Origin: an uncultured Phycisphaerales bacterium
GTDB lineage: Bacteria; Planctomycetota; Phycisphaerae; Phycisphaerales; SM1A02
Length of the DNA: 10,560 bases
Assembly: GCA_938084645.1 (NCBI GenBank)
Contig: CALKEP010000006.1
Coordinates: 1-10,560 of the forward strand
Reading direction: 5' to 3'
In this document: one piece after another, positions 7,249 through 10,560 of the stretch
Numbering within the stretch: position 1 is the first letter of the stretch
Layout of the letters: every line of letters begins with the position of its first letter
Position numbers and translations under genes: made by a program
The notes under the pieces: generated by a model
Told to the model about the DNA's origin: nothing
Seen by the model: the letters and a program-made list of their open reading frames with translations, nothing else
The model's database searches: none

Positions 7249-8799
7249 ATGCCCATCACGATCTTTCCTCGAAACCGCCCACGTTCCACCGAGCGCCTTC
7301 TTGCGGCGTTCGGCCTGCTGGGCGCAATGCTTCCGGCCGCCCTCGCGACCGCGTCGAACACCGGGGCGCCGGTGACGCGTGACGCCGCGGACGATCGGCC
7401 GAACGTGGTGTTGATGCTGGCGGACAATCTCGGGTACGGCGACCTCGGCTGCTACGGAAGCGGCGGCATCGTGCGGGGCATGCCCACGCCGAACATCGAC
7501 GCACTCTCCGCCGAAGGTCTCATGCTCACGCAGTTCTTCGTGGAGCCGGGCTGCACGCCCACCCGGGCCGGACTCATGACGGGTCGTCACAGCGTCCGGG
7601 CCGGACTCGGAAGCATCATCGTCGCCGGCACCCCGAGCTCGCTCCAGGACGAGGAGTTCACCATGGCCGAGCTGTTCAAGAAGAACGGCTATGCAACCGG
7701 CATGGTCGGGAAGTGGCACCTCGGCCAGGAGGAACAGAGCCTTCCGATCAACCAGGGCTTCGACACCTACAAGGTCGGCATCCTCGAAACCACCGACGGG
7801 ACCCTGTATCCGGAGTCCATGCGGCGGACCGGCATGGATGAGGAGGCCATCGTCCGGACCCGCCCCTACATCTGGGAGTCCGACGGCAAGGGCAAGCTTC
7901 GCAAGGTTCGTCCGTACGATCTGGCCTACCGCGACCAGGTGGAGGGCGACATCGCCGGCGCGGCGGTCGAGTTCATCGACGACCACGCCTCGAAGAAAGA
8001 GCCCTTCTTCCTCTACGTCGGCTGGTCGCACGTCCACTATCCCGCCGGCGCAGCCGAGGCGTTCCAGGGACGTTCACCCGCCGGCCCCTACGGCGACATG
8101 CTGATGGAGCATGATCACCGGGTCGGCGAGATCCTCGACGCGGTCGATGCCGCCGGCATTCGCGAGAACACCGTGGTGGTGTATCTCTCCGACAACGGCC
8201 CCGTCCAGTTCCAGGCGTCGAACGACGACTTCTCCGGCAGTTCCCCCGGCCCGTTCCGTGGCGAGTGCGGGGACGTGCTCGAGGGCTCGCTCCGGGTTCC
8301 CGGCATGATCCGCTGGCCCGGACGCGTTCCGGTCCGGAAGAGCAACGAGATGGTCGCGATCCACGACTTCCTTCCGACCTTCGCGAGCCTGCTCGGGGAC
8401 GAACTCCCCACCGAACGGCCGATCGACGGCCGAGATCAGCTCGACTTCTTCAAGGGCGAGCAGGAGAAGTCCGCCCGAGAGGACCTCATCTCCTTCATCG
8501 ACGGCGAGATCGCCGCGGTCCGCTGGCGAAACTGGCGGATCTACCCGAAGCAGATCATCGAGTCGTCGGGCAATCCCTCCGCCCTCGGCGTGCTCTCCCA
8601 GCGGGCCGAGGGGACGGGATATCCGGCCCTCTTCAACATCGCCCGCGATCCGCGGGAGCGGTGCAACGTCGTCGGCACGGATGCCTGGGTCCTCGGTGCG
8701 TACATGAAGATCGTCGGGCAGTATCTCGAGAGCCTGAAGGCCCACCCGAATCCGGCGCCGTTCAGCATGACGAAGTTCCCCACGGGCGCGGCGAGGTAG
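7249..8799 (+). CDS. Secreted arylsulfatase-like enzyme, formylglycine-dependent (S1), Cys-type (516 aa)
   Basis: RPNVVLMLADNLGYGDLG, signature CTPTRAGLMTGR (CxPxR; Cys codon 7552-7554), GKWHLG, SDNG, EGSLRVPGMIRWPG and LFNIARDPRE. N-terminal signal peptide and SD GGAG at 7239-7242. Confidence 0.95.
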   Translation: MPITIFPRNRPRSTERLLAAFGLLGAMLPAALATASNTGAPVTRDAADDRPNVVLMLADNLGYGDLGCYGSGGIVRGMPTPNIDALSAEGLMLTQFFVEPGCTPTRAGLMTGRHSVRAGLGSIIVAGTPSSLQDEEFTMAELFKKNGYATGMVGKWHLGQEEQSLPINQGFDTYKVGILETTDGTLYPESMRRTGMDEEAIVRTRPYIWESDGKGKLRKVRPYDLAYRDQVEGDIAGAAVEFIDDHASKKEPFFLYVGWSHVHYPAGAAEAFQGRSPAGPYGDMLMEHDHRVGEILDAVDAAGIRENTVVVYLSDNGPVQFQASNDDFSGSSPGPFRGECGDVLEGSLRVPGMIRWPGRVPVRKSNEMVAIHDFLPTFASLLGDELPTERPIDGRDQLDFFKGEQEKSAREDLISFIDGEIAAVRWRNWRIYPKQIIESSGNPSALGVLSQRAEGTGYPALFNIARDPRERCNVVGTDAWVLGAYMKIVGQYLESLKAHPNPAPFSMTKFPTGAAR

Positions 8800-8852
8800 C
8801 CGCGCCCTCGAGGACTCGACCACGCCCCATCGCCGGAACAGGAACGCCCCAC

Positions 8853-9737
8853 ATGCCCGTGCCGCGCCGATCCTCGACCCTGCGTTCCTCGCGCTTCACC
8901 GGTCGCGGTGTCGGCGCGGCGGTGGCATGCCTCGCGTGTTGGTGCCTCTTCGCTGCGGGTTGCAGCGTCACGGCTTCGGAGACGTCGTCCTCCGACGTGA
9001 CCGGGACCGGCGAGCCCGCACCCACCACGATGCGGGTCGCGACGTACAACATCCGCCACGGCCGGGGCACCGACGACGTGCTCGATCTCGAGCGCACCGC
9101 ACGGGCGATCGCGGCCCTCGACGCCGACATCGTGGCCCTGCAGGAGGTCGACGAGCAGGTCGGACGGAGCGGCGGCGTCGACGAGGCGGCCACGCTCGGC
9201 CGAGCGCTCGGCATGCACCACGCCTTCGGATCGTTCATGGACTACGACGGCGGGCGATACGGCCTCGCGATCCTCTCCCGCTGGCCGATCGAGTCGGCGA
9301 CGACCTGGCGCCTGCCGACCGGCAACGAGCCCCGGGTCGCCCTGGCGATCGACGTCGATCCGCCCGGGATCGGGCCGTGCACGATCGTCGACGTGCACTT
9401 CGACTGGGTGAAGGACGACGGCTTCCGATTCGCCCAGGCGGAGGCCGTCGCCGAACGCCTCGCGACGCTGGATCGCCCCTGGATCCTGCTGGGCGACTTC
9501 AACGACACGCCCGGAACCCGCACCCGTCTTCTTCTCGGTGGGCTCGGGATCGAGGGGCGAAGTCCCGAGGACGGCTCGAACACGTGGCCGGCGACCGCGC
9601 CGACGGTCGACATCGACACGATCATCGCCGGCCCCGGAGACACGTGGACCGGTTTCGGGCGGCGGGTCGGATCCGAGACGATGGCATCGGATCATCGTCC
9701 GGTGACGGTGGAACTCGCCCCCCCACGTCGGCCCTGA
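8853..9737 (+). CDS. Endonuclease/exonuclease/phosphatase (EEP) family protein, probable lipoprotein (294 aa)
   Basis: EEP motifs VATYNIRHG, ALQEVD, GLAILSR, LLGDFN and SDHRPV. Lipobox-like FAAG-C (Cys codon 8961-8963) followed by a Ser/Thr linker. ATG at 8853 with AGGA at 8840-8843. The ORF-track start at 8265 overlaps the sulfatase and is rejected. Confidence 0.9.
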   Translation: MPVPRRSSTLRSSRFTGRGVGAAVACLACWCLFAAGCSVTASETSSSDVTGTGEPAPTTMRVATYNIRHGRGTDDVLDLERTARAIAALDADIVALQEVDEQVGRSGGVDEAATLGRALGMHHAFGSFMDYDGGRYGLAILSRWPIESATTWRLPTGNEPRVALAIDVDPPGIGPCTIVDVHFDWVKDDGFRFAQAEAVAERLATLDRPWILLGDFNDTPGTRTRLLLGGLGIEGRSPEDGSNTWPATAPTVDIDTIIAGPGDTWTGFGRRVGSETMASDHRPVTVELAPPRRP

Positions 9738-9768
9738 CGGGAAGTCCCCGATACGCGATACTGCCGCC

Positions 9769-10560
9769 ATGTCGAACGAGACCTCCACGACGTCCTCCCC
9801 ACCCGCCGCGGTGTCGCTCGCCGATCTCCTCCTCTCGTCGCTTGCGATCGTGGCGTTCTCCCTCGCCCTGCTTCAACTCACCGGAATCCTCTCCGCCAGC
9901 GACGAGATGCCGCGTCTGCTGGATCTGATCGATCTCGGGATCTGTGCCTTCTTCTTCGTCGACTTCCTTCGGTCGCTGGGGAATGCGCCGAACAAATGGC
10001 ACTACTTCCGGACCTGGGGCTGGTTCGATCTCCTCAGTTCCATCCCGATCATCCTGGTACCTGGCTCCACGCTGACGTACACCCCGGTCGCCCTCCGACT
10101 CGTCCGACTCGCCCGGGTGTTCCGGGCCATCCGCTCGGTTCGGATGATCGTTCGAATCGCACGGCATGACCGCTCGAGCGCGGTGCTCACCGGCATCCTG
10201 CTCTTCAGCGTGGTCATCTCGGTCGGCAGCTGCATCGGCGTACTCTGGGCGGAGACCCGGCCGGACCTTCCGCCCGAGGTCAAGAGCGAAGTCACGCTCG
10301 ACACCGCGAACGAGATCCTCTGGTGGGCGGTCGTCACCTGTTCGACGGTCGGCTACGGCGACGCCGCGCCCGTGACGAGCGCGGGCCGGATCTTCGCGGT
10401 CGGACTCATGATGGTCGGAATCGGTGCGTTCGGCACCGTGACCAGCACCCTCGGCATCTTCATCGGAAGGCTCCGGGAGTCGACCCCTCGGCATGTCGAG
10501 ACGAACCACGAGCGTCTGGTGAACATCGAACGGCAACTCTCCGAGATCGCCGATCGACTT
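9769..10560 (+). CDS. Voltage-gated potassium channel, 6TM KvAP-like (partial, runs off the right edge; not in the ORF track)
   Basis: Manual translation from ATG 9769 is open to the window end (264 codons): MSNETSTTSS... It has S3 WFDLLSSIP, S4 LRLVRLARVFRAIRSVR, pore helix and filter LWWAVVTCSTVGYGD (TVGYGD at 10345-10362), S6 GRIFAVGLMMVGIGAFG, and the start of a coiled-coil tail (ERLVNIERQLSEIADRL). Confidence 0.95.
   Translation, partial: MSNETSTTSSPPAAVSLADLLLSSLAIVAFSLALLQLTGILSASDEMPRLLDLIDLGICAFFFVDFLRSLGNAPNKWHYFRTWGWFDLLSSIPIILVPGSTLTYTPVALRLVRLARVFRAIRSVRMIVRIARHDRSSAVLTGILLFSVVISVGSCIGVLWAETRPDLPPEVKSEVTLDTANEILWWAVVTCSTVGYGDAAPVTSAGRIFAVGLMMVGIGAFGTVTSTLGIFIGRLRESTPRHVETNHERLVNIERQLSEIADRL

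Noticed and set aside
8265..8852. N-terminal extension of the 490-aa EEP ORF
   Set aside because: It overlaps the sulfatase in another frame. The SD and lipoprotein signal support a start at 8853.
146..9928. Arg/Pro/Gly-rich alternative + frame ORFs (146..1273, 2243..3232, 3610..4917, 5168..6286, 8927..9928)
   Set aside because: They are off-frame readings of real genes with the composition typical of a shifted high-GC frame.
78..10536. Long minus-strand ORFs (78..1361, 2430..3482, 5106..7055, 7201..8037, 8541..9788, 9622..10536 and others)
   Set aside because: They are antisense shadows of well-supported + strand genes, carry no recognisable motifs, and are expected in high-GC DNA with few stop codons.
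1..10560. CRISPR array, tRNA/rRNA, IS element or integrase
   Set aside because: I saw no regularly spaced direct repeats, cloverleaf or rRNA signatures, terminal inverted repeats, or transposase/recombinase motifs.

Overview
High-GC (roughly two-thirds G+C by eye) bacterial DNA with every credible gene on the + strand. Left to right: the last 16 codons of a probable PEP-CTERM-type protein and an intrinsic terminator; a multi-pass membrane protein with GT-C/DUF6080-like motifs; a ~690-bp gap with a possible gene remnant; a translationally coupled arsenate-detoxification pair (ArsJ-associated GAPDH and arsJ) with no other ars gene in the window; a secreted GH5 enzyme resembling the GH5_34 arabinoxylanase CtXyl5A but with a fascin-like domain between GH5 and CBM6; a repeat-rich intergenic region; a secreted Cys-type S1 sulfatase; an EEP-family lipoprotein; and a 6TM voltage-gated K+ channel that runs off the right edge and is absent from the ORF track. 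The gene content suggests an aquatic Planctomycetota (Phycisphaerae-like) organism, which is inference. I saw no rRNA, tRNA, CRISPR array or mobile element. All family assignments come from recognising motifs by eye, not from database searches.
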